Source: Octopus vulgaris
Taxonomy: Eukaryota
DNA length: 64,000 bases
Assembly (NCBI GenBank): GCA_951406725.2
Contig: OX597840.1
Span: 6,262,001 to 6,326,000 of the forward strand
Reading direction: 5' to 3'
This document shows, one piece after another, positions 56,901 to 64,000 of this stretch. The notes under the pieces were generated by a model. The model had not been told where the DNA came from. It worked only from the letters and a program-made list of their open reading frames with translations, and made no database searches. A program made the translations under genes and the position numbers. How positions within the stretch are numbered: position 1 is the stretch's first letter; each line of letters opens with the position of its first letter.

Positions 56901-59900
56901 TGCTTGCTAGATCAACTGGTTATCAAATAAATCTCAATATTCTTCTGCCCATCGCTCATCGTCTCTTTTTAACCAAATTCAGTGGCTAGCCTTCTCCACT
57001 GTAGTTTGGATATTGGTCACGGTGGGATTGACTTTACAATGAGTTAGGCCTAACGATAACAACAGTCGTCTCACACTGTGTCCAACGAACCCTCTACATC
57101 CACCTTCAAAATATCAGGAACATTCAGCCTGGCTGGGTTCACTTGTGGTAAAATGCTTACATATGGAGTTGAAACTGTTGTGGTGATAGACAGGAACATT
57201 GCAAAGCCAGCAGATCATACAATATTCATTTCTTTCAAGCTTTCAATGTCCTCTGCAATCACAACCCATGTTTCACGACAGAGGAAATGTGAAAGCGTGA
57301 CAGAAATGAATCTAGAATGCTCCACAAGATGAGCAATGTCAATTTGCATGTATGACTGAATCTAAGCATCTTGAGAGAAAAACCAGGCATAATAAACATC
57401 AGATGTGGTGCACATGAGAGGCATCTGTGCTGGTATGGTCATGTATGTATGTATGTATGTATGTATGTATGTATGTATGTATATATGTATGTATGCATTT
57501 CTGTATGCCACAAGGCTTTGGCTGGCCCAAGGCTGTAGTAAAAGACATTTGCCCAACGTAACCTGTCACAGAGTAGGACTCAGTGTGTGAACCATGTGGT
57601 TGCTTAAACATTATAGTTTTAAGAAAACCTTAAATATTCATTTCAAATATTGGCTACATATATATATATACATAATGGGAAGGTTTATGAAAATAAACAA
57701 AAGACGAAGGCAGGTGGAGTACAAGCAAACAAATGTATTAGTATGGCGCTCAGGAATAGAAATAGAAAAAGTCTTTTACATTTCGAGCCTATGCTCTTCG
57801 ACAGAAAGATACACAAAAAAAACAAGGAGAGAAAAAATGCGTGTAGGAGCTAACGATCTATCATGGCGTCCTGACCAAGTGGTTGAGCACTCCACAGACA
57901 CATGTACCCTTATATATATATATGTGTGGAGGCGCAATGGACCAGTGGTTAGGGCAGTGGACTTGTGGTCGTAGGATCGCGGTTTCAATTCCCAGACCGG
58001 GCATTGTGAGTGTTTATTAAGCAAAAACACCTAAAGCTGCACGAGGCTCCAGCTGGGGATGGTGGTGAACCCTGCTGTACTCTTTCACCACAACTTTCTC
58101 TCACTCTTTCTTCCTGTTTCTGTTGTACCTGTATTTCAAAGGGCCAGCCTTATCACACTCTGTGTCATGCTGAATCTCCCCAAGAACAACGTTAAGGGTA
58201 CATGTGTCTGTGGAGTGCTCAGCCACTTGCACATTAATAAATGAGTTGCGACGTCACAGGTGCCAAGCTGTATCAGCCTATTCCTTTCCCTTTGATAACA
58301 CTGCTTGCGTAGAGAGGGGAGGCTGGTATGCATGGGCGACTGCTGGTCTTCCATAAACAACCTTGCCCAGACTTATGCCTCAGAGGGTATCTTTCAAATA
58401 TTCATGACCGAATGGTGTCACATATATATCATCAAAATAAGCAACAAGAATAACATCGGTAATTTGGTATGATCGTTTCGCACTACATCATTTTATTAAA
58501 TGTTGTAAGTATTACAAAAGTTTTAAAATGCTGAGCACTCATCAACCATTAATGGAGGTTTTCCATTAATACATAATTTTCATATCAATTGATAACATTA
58601 TAGAGAAGGTAGATATATAGACAAAGATGTGGATTTAAATTTTAAGAACATTTAAGGTAGTGGAGTTTATCAACTGACTGGATAATATTCAGTTGCTATG
58701 AACTGCTAGAAGATTCTGAGAAGAATGGACAATTGAAAGGAGACAAAAAAGATTTTCTATTTATAGAAATAGGGGTGAAATAGATGTCAAAGTTCCATAT
58801 AAAAAAATTTAGGTACATGTCACATTATTTTAATCAAAGTTTTTCAAAGAATGCATCTGTACATAATTAGTTAGTGAAAATTTATGTAATTTATTAACTG
58901 TGTAAAATTGTATAATACAAATAAATTATTTCTCTGTTGCAGCTGCAAGCACAGGTACTCCAACAGTCTCTTCAGCAGGTTTGTATATTTGATACTAAAC
59001 CATATGTTTAGTCAATATAATGAAAGTACTTACTAGGTGTCTAAGTTTACCTTGTCTCTCACAGAATATAACTTATCAGTCTGGGATTAGTTTTAGTTAG
59101 GTTCATACAATCTAAAAGAAACAAAAAGAAAATTCAAAAGTAACATTTGATCTTTACTTGTTGGTGTTGGCTGTAAATGTTCACCTCTTGTAGAACCAAG
59201 ACTGAGGAAATTTTAGTTGGTGTTACTGAAAACTATATTCTCCAAAACGACCAGATCCAAGAAACAACTGACACTACCTTAGTCTCATTGGTTCTAGTAG
59301 AACATGTGACAAATGGCTGAACACTGAAATATCACCAACTGAATTAAAGATTACTTTTATAAATATGAAGAGTCAACTTAGAGTTGAACAGCAGGTCGTG
59401 ATCTTAGATAATCTGAATTCAATATTCAATAGTGCCGGTGGCATGTAAAAAGCACCATCTGATCGTGGCCTTTTGCCAGACTCGTCTGGTACCTGTGCAG
59501 GTGGCACATAAAAAGCACCCATTACACTCTCGGAGTGGTTGGCGTTAGGAAGGGCATCTAGCTGTAGAAACGGTGCCAGATGTACTACACTTTTTTTTAG
59601 GGATAACACCCTTTTCATCAAAATAATACGCAGCATTCACCTCTGTCATCAAAGCAATTATTTCTGCTTAGTTCATCTTTATGATGCACAGTTCTGATGG
59701 TTTAGTCTGCAAATCTTGAGAAAAATCTCTAAATAAACATGGCATATTCTTTTTGCAAACAACTGTTATTTATTTGATCAAATCCTGCATGTAACATTTA
59801 AAGAATTGTATTAGTTATTAACAATCCAAAAATAACATATAATGCAAACAAATTGCCATTTTCTTGCAGGACCAAGTGTATCTGGCATATCTCTCACTCC

Positions 59901-62224
59901 ATCAGGTAAGTACAGTTCTGCTGTATGTTTTGTGATTATTATAAAAGTGTTACTGAATGCAATTTGTGATTCTGTGATAGAAGTTTTAGCTTATCATAAA
60001 GTGGTTTGAAATAATTATCAATAGATGTCTTGCACACAACTTGCACATGCAAGTGCTACCAGTCAAGAACTCTGCATACCAGAAACCAGTTAGTGTATGG
60101 GATCATCAGGAGAGAATGCTCACCATTTCAGGGCCTACCTCTCGACAGCATCAATGTGCACCAGCCCCACTCACCGATATGAGGCCCTGCTTGCTAGATC
60201 AACTGGTTATCAAATAAAGCTCAATATTCTTCTAACCATCACTCATCGTCTCTTTTTAACCAAATCCAGTGGCTAGCCTTCTCCGCTGTAGTTTGGATAT
60301 TGGTCACGGTGGGATTGACTTTACGATGAATTAGGCCTAACGATAACAACAGTCGTCTTACACTGTGTCCAACGAACCCTCTACATCCAACTTCAAAACA
60401 TCAGAAACATTCAGCCTGGCTGGGTTCACTTGTGGTAAAATGCTTACATATGGAGTTGAAACTGTTGTGGTGATAGACAGGAACATTGCAAAGCCAGCAG
60501 ATCATACAATATTCATTTCTTTAAAGCTTTCACATGTCCTCTGCAATCACAACCCATGTTTCATGACAGAGGAAATGTGAAAGCGTGACAGAAATGAATC
60601 TAGAATGCTCCACAAGATGAACAATGTCAATTTGCATGTATGACTGAATCTAAGCATCTTGAGAGAAAAACCAGGCATAATAAACATCAGATGTGGTGCA
60701 CATGAGAGACATCTGTGCTGGTATGGTCATGTATATATGTATGTATGCATTTCTGTACGCCACAAGGCTTTGGCTGGCCCAAGGCTGTAGTAAAAGACAC
60801 TTGCCCAACGTAACCTGTCACAGAGTAGGACTCAGTGTGTGAACCATGTGGTTGCTTAAACATTGTAATTCTAAGAAAACTTTAAATATTCATTTCAAAT
60901 ATTGGCTACATATATATACATAATGGGAAGGTTTATGAAAATAAACAAAAGACGAAGGCAGGTGGAGTACAAGCAAACAAATGTATTAGTATGGCGCTCA
61001 GGAATAGAAATGGAACAAGTCTTTTACATTTCGAGCCTATGCTCTTCGACAGAAGGATACACAGAAAAAACAAGGAGAGAAAAAAATGCATGTAGGAGCT
61101 AACGATCTATCATGGTGTCCTGACCATGTGGTTGAGAACTCCACAGACACATGTACCCTTATATATATATGTGTGGAGGCACAATGGACCAGTGGTTAGG
61201 ACAGTGGATTTGCAGTCGTAGGATAGCGGTTTCAATTCCCAGACCGGGCATTGTGAGTGTTTATTAAGCGAAAACACCTAAAGCTGCATGAGGCTCTGGC
61301 AGGGGATGGTGGTGAACCTTGCTGTACTCTTTCACCACAACTTTCTCTCACTCTTTCTTCCTGTTTCTGTTGTACCTGTATTTCAAAGGGCCAGCCTTGT
61401 CACACTCTGTGTCACGCTGAATCTCCCTGAGAACTATGTTAAGGTTACACGTGTCTGTGGAGTGCTCAGCCACTTGCACATTAATAAATGAGTTGCAACA
61501 TCACAGGTGCCAAGCTGTATCAGCCTATTCCTTTCCCTTCGATAACACTGGTCACGTGGAGAGGGGAGTCTGCTATGCATGGGCGACTGCTGGTCTTCCA
61601 TAAACAATCTTGCCCAGACTTGTGCCTCAGTGGGTAACTTTCTAAGTGCAATCCCATGGTCAGTCATGACCGAATGGGGTCACATATATATCATCAAAAT
61701 AAGCAACAAGAATAACTTCAGGAGTTTGGTATGATCGTTTCACACTACATCAGTTTATTAAATGCTGTAAGTATTACAACAGTTTTAAAATGCTGAGCAC
61801 TTATCAACCATTAATGGAGGTTTTCCATTAATACATAATTTTCATATCAAGTGATAACAATATAGAGAAGGTAGATATATAGACAAAGATGTGGATTTAT
61901 ATTTTAAGAACAAGATAACTGACTGAATAATATTCAGTTGCTATGAACTGCTAGAAGGATTCTGAGAAGAATGGGCAATTGAAAGGAGACAAAAAAGATT
62001 TTCTATTTATAGAAATAGGGGTGAAATAGATGTCAAAGTTCCATATAAAAAAATTTAGGTACATGTTACATTATTTTAATCAAAGTTTTTCTAAGAATGC
62101 ATCTGTACATAATTAGTTTGTGAAAATTTATGTAATTTATTAACTGTGTAAAATTGTATAATACAAATAAATTATTTCTCTGTTGCAGCTGCAAGCACAG
62201 GTACTCCAACAGTCTCTTCAGCAG
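351..62224 (+). CDS. Internal part of a multi-microexon gene encoding a mucin-like Ser/Thr/Pro-rich tandem-repeat domain (43 symmetric phase-1 microexons, 1380 nt, ~460 aa; both ends of the gene lie outside the window)
   Basis: 43 segments of 21/30/36 nt, each bounded by tt(c/g)ttgYAG or ttgatt(a/t)cAG-like acceptors and GT/GC donors. All end in G and concatenate without a stop: EVTGTKLPHT GPAVTPS EVTGTIRPHT GSIVTSIAVTPS ... GPSVSGISLTPS AASTGTPTVSSA. No transcript evidence available. Confidence 0.82.
647..746. repeat. (TATC)n microsatellite
   Basis: Direct reading; related tracts at ~22045-22085 and ~26269-26302. Confidence 0.95.
1171..1191 (+). CDS. Microexon type A-short, 21 nt, GPAVTPS
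   Basis: tttcttgcag|GACCAGCTGTTACTCCATCAG|gtaagt. Confidence 0.8.
1776..2088 (+). mobile_element. Short non-autonomous Helitron-like element
   Basis: Starts TCTCTATATATAAA, ends CTAG, inserted between A and T with no TSD; the empty site attca|ttcataata is seen in sister repeats (e.g. ~177-190). Confidence 0.75.
2258..2287 (+). CDS. Microexon type B, EVTGTIRPHT
   Basis: attacag acceptor, gtatgt donor, 30 nt. Confidence 0.75.
3281..3316 (+). CDS. Microexon type A, 36 nt, GSIVTSIAVTPS
   Basis: ttttttgcag acceptor, gtaagg donor. Confidence 0.8.
4341..4370 (+). CDS. Microexon type B, EVTGTIRTHT
   Basis: tttcag acceptor, gtacgt donor. Confidence 0.75.
4600..4620 (+). CDS. Microexon type A-short, GPAVTPS
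   Basis: ttcttgcag acceptor, gtaagt donor. Confidence 0.8.
4667..4888 (+). mobile_element. tRNA-related SINE (ggtgagctggcagaatcgttag family) with 11-bp TSD; truncated copies follow every type A exon of the first array
   Basis: TSD ATGAAAGTATT at 4656-4666 and 4889-4899; B-box-like gagttcaaattc; empty site at 48925-48935. Confidence 0.75.
5654..6067 (-). mobile_element. Non-autonomous Helitron-like element, same family as 1776-2088
   Basis: Reverse complement starts TCTCTCTATATATAAATGGCAGTTTGTC, has a GC-rich hairpin (cccggcgttgcctggg) and a CTAG end. Confidence 0.7.
7161..7190 (+). CDS. Microexon type B, EVTGTILPHT
   Basis: tttcag acceptor, gtacgt donor. Confidence 0.75.
7642..7677 (+). 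CDS. Microexon type A, GPSVSSIAVSPS
   Basis: ctgttgcag acceptor, gtaagt donor. Confidence 0.8.
8503..8532 (+). CDS. Microexon type B, EVTGTIPPHT
   Basis: tttcag acceptor, gtacgt donor. Confidence 0.75.
9784..9819 (+). CDS. Microexon type A, GPSVSSIAVSPS
   Basis: ctgttgcag acceptor, gtaagt donor. Confidence 0.8.
10663..10692 (+). CDS. Microexon type B, EVTGTIRPHT
   Basis: tttcag acceptor, gtatgt donor. Confidence 0.75.
11953..11988 (+). CDS. Microexon type A with GC donor, GPSVSSIAVSPS
   Basis: tgttgcag acceptor; CAG|gcaagt non-canonical GC donor. Confidence 0.65.
12809..12838 (+). CDS. Microexon type B, EVTGTIRPHT
   Basis: tttcag acceptor, gtatgt donor. Confidence 0.75.
13651..13686 (+). 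CDS. Microexon type A, GPSVSSIAVTPS
   Basis: tttcttgcag acceptor, gtaagt donor. Confidence 0.8.
14113..14148 (+). CDS. Microexon type A, GPSASSIAVTPS
   Basis: ttcttgtag acceptor, gtaagt donor. Confidence 0.78.
14690..14725 (+). CDS. Microexon type A, GPSVSSIAVTSS
   Basis: ttgttgcag acceptor, gtaagt donor. Confidence 0.8.
15565..15594 (+). CDS. Microexon type B, EVTGTIPPHT
   Basis: tttcag acceptor, gtacgt donor. Confidence 0.75.
16864..16899 (+). CDS. Microexon type A, GPSVSSIAVTPS
   Basis: ttcttgcag acceptor, gtaagt donor. Confidence 0.8.
17326..17361 (+). CDS. Microexon type A, GPSASSIAVTTS
   Basis: ttcttgtag acceptor, gtaagt donor. Confidence 0.78.
17902..17937 (+). CDS. Microexon type A with GC donor, GPSISSIAVTPS
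   Basis: ttgttgcag acceptor; CAG|gcaagt donor. Confidence 0.65.
18782..18811 (+). CDS. Microexon type B, EVTGTIRPHT
   Basis: tttcag acceptor, gtacgt donor. Confidence 0.75.
20078..20113 (+). CDS. Microexon type A, GPSVSSIAVTPS
   Basis: ttcttgcag acceptor, gtcagt donor. Confidence 0.75.
20636..21758 (+). mobile_element. 5'-truncated copy of the ~1.6-kb Helitron-like element
   Basis: Homologous to 24835-25981; ends gaccaggcaacgacaggtc...CTAG. Confidence 0.65.
22277..22312 (+). CDS. Microexon type A variant, APNVTSIAVTPS (N-V-T sequon)
   Basis: ttcttgcag|CACCAAATGTTACT...CCATCAG|gtaagt. Confidence 0.8.
22911..22940 (+). CDS. Microexon type B, EVTGTIHPHT
   Basis: tttcag acceptor, gtatgt donor. 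Confidence 0.75.
23166..23186 (+). CDS. Microexon type A-short, GPAVTPS
   Basis: ttcttgcag acceptor, gtaagt donor. Confidence 0.8.
24064..24093 (+). CDS. Microexon type B, EVTGTIPPHT
   Basis: attacag acceptor, gtatgt donor. Confidence 0.75.
24401..25981 (+). mobile_element. ~1.6-kb non-autonomous Helitron-like element (full length)
   Basis: A|TCTCTCTATATATTAAA start; subterminal hairpin gacc-aggcaacgaca-ggtc; CTAG|T end. Fragments also at ~14287-14490 and ~17500-17705. Confidence 0.7.
26494..26529 (+). CDS. Microexon type A variant, APNVTSIAVTPS
   Basis: ttcttgcag acceptor, gtaagt donor. Confidence 0.8.
27128..27157 (+). CDS. Microexon type B, EVTGTIRPHT
   Basis: ttttcag acceptor, gtatgt donor. 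Confidence 0.75.
27375..27395 (+). CDS. Microexon type A-short, GPAVTLS
   Basis: ttcttgcag acceptor, gtaagt donor. Confidence 0.78.
28275..28304 (+). CDS. Microexon type B, EVTGTIHPHT
   Basis: tttcag acceptor, gtatgt donor. Confidence 0.75.
28447..29951 (+). mobile_element. 5'-truncated copy of the same Helitron-like element
   Basis: Homologous to 24442-25981; CTAG end at 29948-29951. Confidence 0.65.
30220..30281. repeat. (TATG)n microsatellite
   Basis: Direct reading. Confidence 0.95.
30496..30531 (+). CDS. Microexon type A variant, APNVTSIAVTPS
   Basis: ttcttgcag acceptor, gtaagt donor. Confidence 0.8.
31379..31408 (+). CDS. Microexon type B, EVTGTILPHT
   Basis: tttcag acceptor, gtacgt donor. 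Confidence 0.75.
31951..31980 (+). pseudogene. B-like pseudo-exon (or alternative terminal exon): in-frame TAA and donor mutated to TT
   Basis: ttgattacag|GG ATA ACT GGT TAA ACA GGG CCT AAA ACT G|ttatgg; close paralog of the intact exon 43708-43737, which is followed by gtatgg. Confidence 0.65.
32139..32266. repeat. 128-bp palindrome (perfect 55-bp inverted arms)
   Basis: 32139-32193 is the exact reverse complement of 32212-32266; the 18-nt spacer contains the palindrome tgtttcgaaaca. Confidence 0.92.
32457..32851 (+). mobile_element. tRNA-derived SINE (ggcgcaggagtggctgtgtggtaag family) with internal (TA)/(TG) tract and gtaaaagag tail
   Basis: A/B-box-like head (tggctgtgtagt; ggttcagtcc); many copies in the window. 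Confidence 0.8.
33146..33656 (+). mobile_element. Non-autonomous Helitron-like element
   Basis: A|TCTATATATATAAAA start; cccgagcaacgccggg hairpin; TTAG|T end (degenerate CTAG). Confidence 0.65.
33752..34119. mobile_element. Truncated RTE-clade LINE insertion with 5' inversion and 13-bp TSD
   Basis: + strand 33859-34119 reads QIFYSQLKDGKRTKGGQKKCYKDSLKTNLKKC...WEETAKNRPLW; - strand 33858-33752 reads SFQARIGLIGHLRTHQ* plus 3' UTR; TSD ATGTGTGGTTGTT at 33739-33751 and 34120-34132. Confidence 0.75.
34349..34670 (+). mobile_element. tRNA-derived SINE (related to the 40006 family)
   Basis: gtggcttagtggttaggg head; shared body gccttgtcac...gagtgctcagccacttgcac. Confidence 0.7.
34900..36890. repeat. 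~240-bp minisatellite (three near-identical units ~35640-36390 plus degenerate flanking units)
   Basis: gtgtgtttaataatgtacc recurs at ~35642, 35880, 36123 and 36369. Confidence 0.85.
37262..37680 (-). mobile_element. tRNA-derived SINE (32457 family)
   Basis: Reverse complement of the same consensus. Confidence 0.8.
38002..38432 (-). mobile_element. tRNA-derived SINE (32457 family), full length
   Basis: ctttactcttttacttgtttcagtc ... cacacagccactcctgcgcc. Confidence 0.82.
38488..39240 (+). mobile_element. Decayed mariner (Tc1/mariner) transposon fragment, interrupted by a SINE (~38700-38918, - strand)
   Basis: ORF 38919-39191 IKEWYNWFKDG..SVD.EPR.GRP resembles the mariner HTH region; ctccaccatgacaatgctcct encodes the LHHDNAP catalytic motif. 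Confidence 0.7.
39279..39690 (+). mobile_element. tRNA-derived SINE (32457 family)
   Basis: ggcacaggagtggctgcgtggtaag ... gtaaaagagtaaaagagt. Confidence 0.82.
39691..39718 (+). pseudogene. Remnant 3' part of a D-like microexon (IPVSTVSAT) whose 5' end and acceptor are replaced by a SINE tail
   Basis: ATACCTGTATCAACGGTTTCTGCAACAG|gtttgt, followed by intron sequence homologous to that after 53041 (atactaaacaagtccacta...atataatgaaagtattta). Confidence 0.55.
40006..40388 (+). mobile_element. Full-length tRNA-derived SINE (ggaggcgcaatggcccagtggttag family) with 12-bp TSD; other copies at ~49585-49945(-), 51994-52300, 57928-58235 and 61174-61482
   Basis: TSD ACTGTTACATTT at 39994-40005 and 40389-40400; A box tggcccagtgg, B box ggtttcgattcc. 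Confidence 0.85.
41280..41309 (+). CDS. Diverged B-family microexon, 30 nt, GVTGSKGPQI
   Basis: tttttggttacag|GGGTAACAGG...CAAATAG|gtatga. Confidence 0.72.
41360..41924 (-). mobile_element. Internally deleted mariner element with TIRs and TA target duplication
   Basis: TIRs tcgggttgtctggaaagtttgtgccgattt / aaatcggcatgaactttccggacaacccaa; ORF 41475-41705 contains the mariner motif HPPYSPDIAPSDFHLF. Confidence 0.88.
42621..43137. mobile_element. ~515-bp MITE (pogo/Tigger-like termini)
   Basis: taccataaaacctcgagtata ... tactcgaggatttacggta inverted ends; second copy at 44633-45143. Confidence 0.75.
43345..43650 (+). mobile_element. SINE/LINE-tail repeat ending in (GAT)n; copies at ~45260-45610, 54350-54953, 59430-59580 and 63520-64000
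   Basis: ggcacgtaaaaagcacccactacactc.cggagtggttggcgttaggaagggcatccagc ... cgttaaacgatgatgatg. Confidence 0.7.
43708..43737 (+). CDS. Diverged B-family microexon, 30 nt, GTTGSEGPKT
   Basis: ttctttgattgcag|GGACAACTGG...AAAACTG|gtatgg. Confidence 0.72.
44633..45143. mobile_element. Second copy of the ~515-bp MITE
   Basis: taccttaaatcctcaagtata ... tatactcgaggatttacggta; body homologous to 42621-43137. Confidence 0.75.
45800..45829 (+). CDS. Microexon type C, 30 nt, GGTSPSISIT
   Basis: ctcttttacag|GTGGAACAAG...ATCACAG|gtatgt. Confidence 0.72.
46308..46990. mobile_element. Two 32457-family SINEs fused head-to-head (46308-46694 on -, 46702-46990 on +)
   Basis: The left copy is the reverse complement of the right copy over ~290 bp. 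Confidence 0.8.
47654..47683 (+). CDS. Microexon type C, 30 nt, GGSSPFVSST
   Basis: cttttttacag|GTGGATCTAG...TCTACAG|gtatat; flanks homologous to the 45800 copy. Confidence 0.7.
48854..48889 (+). CDS. Microexon type A', 36 nt, GPSVSGISLTSS
   Basis: ttcttgtag acceptor, gtaagt donor. Confidence 0.78.
49245..49385 (+). mobile_element. Possible Penelope-like retroelement N-terminal fragment
   Basis: ORF 49192-49452 contains NHLTFLCRCRDSKLIPPGL, matching the H..FL..C....LIP.GL pattern at the start of Penelope ORFs. Confidence 0.45.
50669..50704 (+). CDS. Microexon type A', GPSVSGISLTPS
   Basis: ttcttgcag acceptor, gtaagt donor. Confidence 0.8.
53006..53041 (+). CDS. Microexon type D, 36 nt, AASTGTPTVSSA
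   Basis: tttctctgttgcag|CTGCAAGCAC...TCAGCAG|gtttgt. Confidence 0.75.
53895..53950. repeat. (CT)n microsatellite; shorter paralog at ~63078-63123
   Basis: Direct reading. Confidence 0.95.
56584..56619 (+). CDS. Microexon type A', GPSVSGISLTPS
   Basis: ttcttgcag acceptor, gtaagt donor. Confidence 0.8.
58943..58978 (+). CDS. Microexon type D, AASTGTPTVSSA
   Basis: ctgttgcag acceptor, gtttgt donor. Confidence 0.75.
59870..59905 (+). CDS. Microexon type A', GPSVSGISLTPS
   Basis: ttcttgcag acceptor, gtaagt donor. Confidence 0.8.
62189..62224 (+). CDS. Microexon type D, AASTGTPTVSSA
   Basis: ctgttgcag acceptor, gtttgt donor. Confidence 0.75.
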
Positions 62225-63073
62225 GTTTGTATATTTGATACTAAACAAGTCCACTATATGTTTAGTCAATATAATGAAAGTATTTACGAGGTGTCTAAGT
62301 TTACCTTGTCTGTCACAGTATATCACTTATCAGTTTTGGATTAGTTTTTGTTAGGTTCATACAATCTGAACGAAACAAAAAGAAAATTCAAAAGTAACAT
62401 TTGAACTTTACTTGTTGGTGTTGGCCGTAAATGTTCACCTCTTGTAGAATCAAGACTGAGGAAATTTTAGTTGGTGTTACTGAAAACTATATTCTCCAAA
62501 ACGACCAGATCCAAGAAATATCTGACACTACCTTAGTCTCATTGTTTCTAGTAGAACATGTGACATGGTCGATAAATTAAGTACCAGTTATGCACTGGGG
62601 TCGATGTAATCGACTTAATCCCTTTGTCTGTCCTTGTTTGTCCCCTCTATGTTTAGCCCCTTGTGGGTAGTAAAGAAATAGGTATTTCATCTGGCCTTAT
62701 GTTCTGAGTTCAACTTCTGCCAGGGTCAACTTTGCCTGTCATCCTTTTGGGTTCGTTTAAATAAGTACCAGTTACGCACTGGGGTCGATGTAATCGACTT
62801 AATCCGTTTGTCTGTCCTTCTTTGTCCCCTCTGTGTTTTGCCCCTTGTGGGCAATAAAGAAATATATAAGATGTTTAAAATTTCCCTCTGTTAAACCTTT
62901 TATGTTTCTCTCCCTCTTTTGCTCTCCAACTCTAACTTCAACAAACATTTTCACCATGTTATTCCCCTCTTTACAACGTTATCATTTCTCTCTTTCTCTT
63001 TATCTCTCTTCCACTCACCACATGACAGCTTAATGCATCGGCTGTCAATGATGCCACCATTCTACCCACACTG

Positions 63074-63127
<54 letters not shown>

Positions 63128-64000
63128 CCTTTCTTCAACCCAGTGCTTTTCAACCTCTTTGCTGGAGCAGAACCCCAAGGAAACATTCTACTGGCTCGAG
63201 GAACCCCTGTGCAATAATAGGCTTATGCACACATATCTGCACAGGAGAATTAAAAATTACTGCCGATTTTAGCAGTTTTGTAACTTCTTGTGGAATCCCT
63301 GGACTGTACTGGTGAAACCCTGGTTTAAAAAACTGCTTTAACCTCTTACCAGAACATCATCCCTCTGCTAAACATTCTCTCTCTCACTCTCTACATATCA
63401 CTCCTTTTTAAACACATAACTATTTCATTCCCCTTAATTCATGCCTTTAACTCTTCTCTTTCTCTTTTCCTTCAACTAATCATGTGACTAATCATGTAAC
63501 ATATTTCAACCTTAGCCTATTAATTAGGCCTCACCGAGACTTTGGGAAATATAATCTGCATGAGAAGACCCGGCAAGCCAAGTGAGACCATAACCTTGTG
63601 GCCTAAGCCAGGGGTGTAACCAGCCCACTTATGCATACCTTCCCTTCATTGGACACTGCTTGCGAAGACCTGTTGAAGCAAGTGAAATCGAAATCAAATT
63701 CGATGACTGGCATCCGTGCTAGGGGAGCACTAAGAGCACCATCTGAGTGTGATTATTGCCAGAGCAGCTAATTGGCTTCCATGCTGATGGCACGTAAAAA
63801 GCACCATTTGAGCATGATTGTCACCAGTGACACCTTACTGGCACTTGTGCCGGTGTGCAGATGGCACATTAAAAAAAAACACGATTTTTTCATGGCCGTT
63901 GCTAGTACTGTCTGACTGGTCCTCGTGCCGGCAGCACGTAAAAGCACCCACTACATTCTTGGAGTGGTTGGCATTAGGAAGGGCATCCAGCTGTAGAAAC

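Larger units (their letters stand above)
50375..64000 (+). repeat. Second tandem duplication array (A'+D cassettes, three copies; ~50.4-54.8 kb is repeated at ~59.6-64.0 kb)
   Basis: Near-identical blocks at an offset of ~9.2 kb (50669/59870; 53006/62189), plus a further copy at 56540-59310. Confidence 0.93.

Noticed and set aside
351-62224. Assigning a gene name (mucin, zonadhesin, etc.)
   Set aside because: Only a low-complexity PTS region is present; no diagnostic domain, start or stop exon is in the window.

Overview
AT-rich, repeat-dense eukaryotic DNA. The tRNA-derived SINE families and short Helitron-like elements look like those of octopus/coleoid cephalopods (pattern recognition, not a database result). 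None of the supplied ORFs is a credible host gene: they are microsatellite or SINE read-throughs or transposon fragments. The real signal is invisible to the ORF track: the whole window is the interior of one + strand gene built from at least 43 microexons of 21, 30 or 36 nt. All are phase 1-1 (length a multiple of 3, ending in G), each has a polypyrimidine-YAG acceptor and a GT (twice GC) donor, and together they splice into a stop-free ~460-aa Ser/Thr/Pro-rich mucin-like tandem-repeat domain (e.g. EVTGTIRPHT-GPSVSSIAVTPS repeated). Exons and flanking introns were amplified together as 1-9 kb tandem and higher-order duplications. The array includes a hypervariable codon, GC donors, a stop-containing donor-less copy and a TE-disrupted copy. 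No start or stop exon is in the window, so the gene cannot be named. Introns carry SINEs, Helitron-like elements, mariner/pogo remnants, a 5'-inverted RTE LINE with a TSD, a 128-bp palindrome and a ~240-bp minisatellite.
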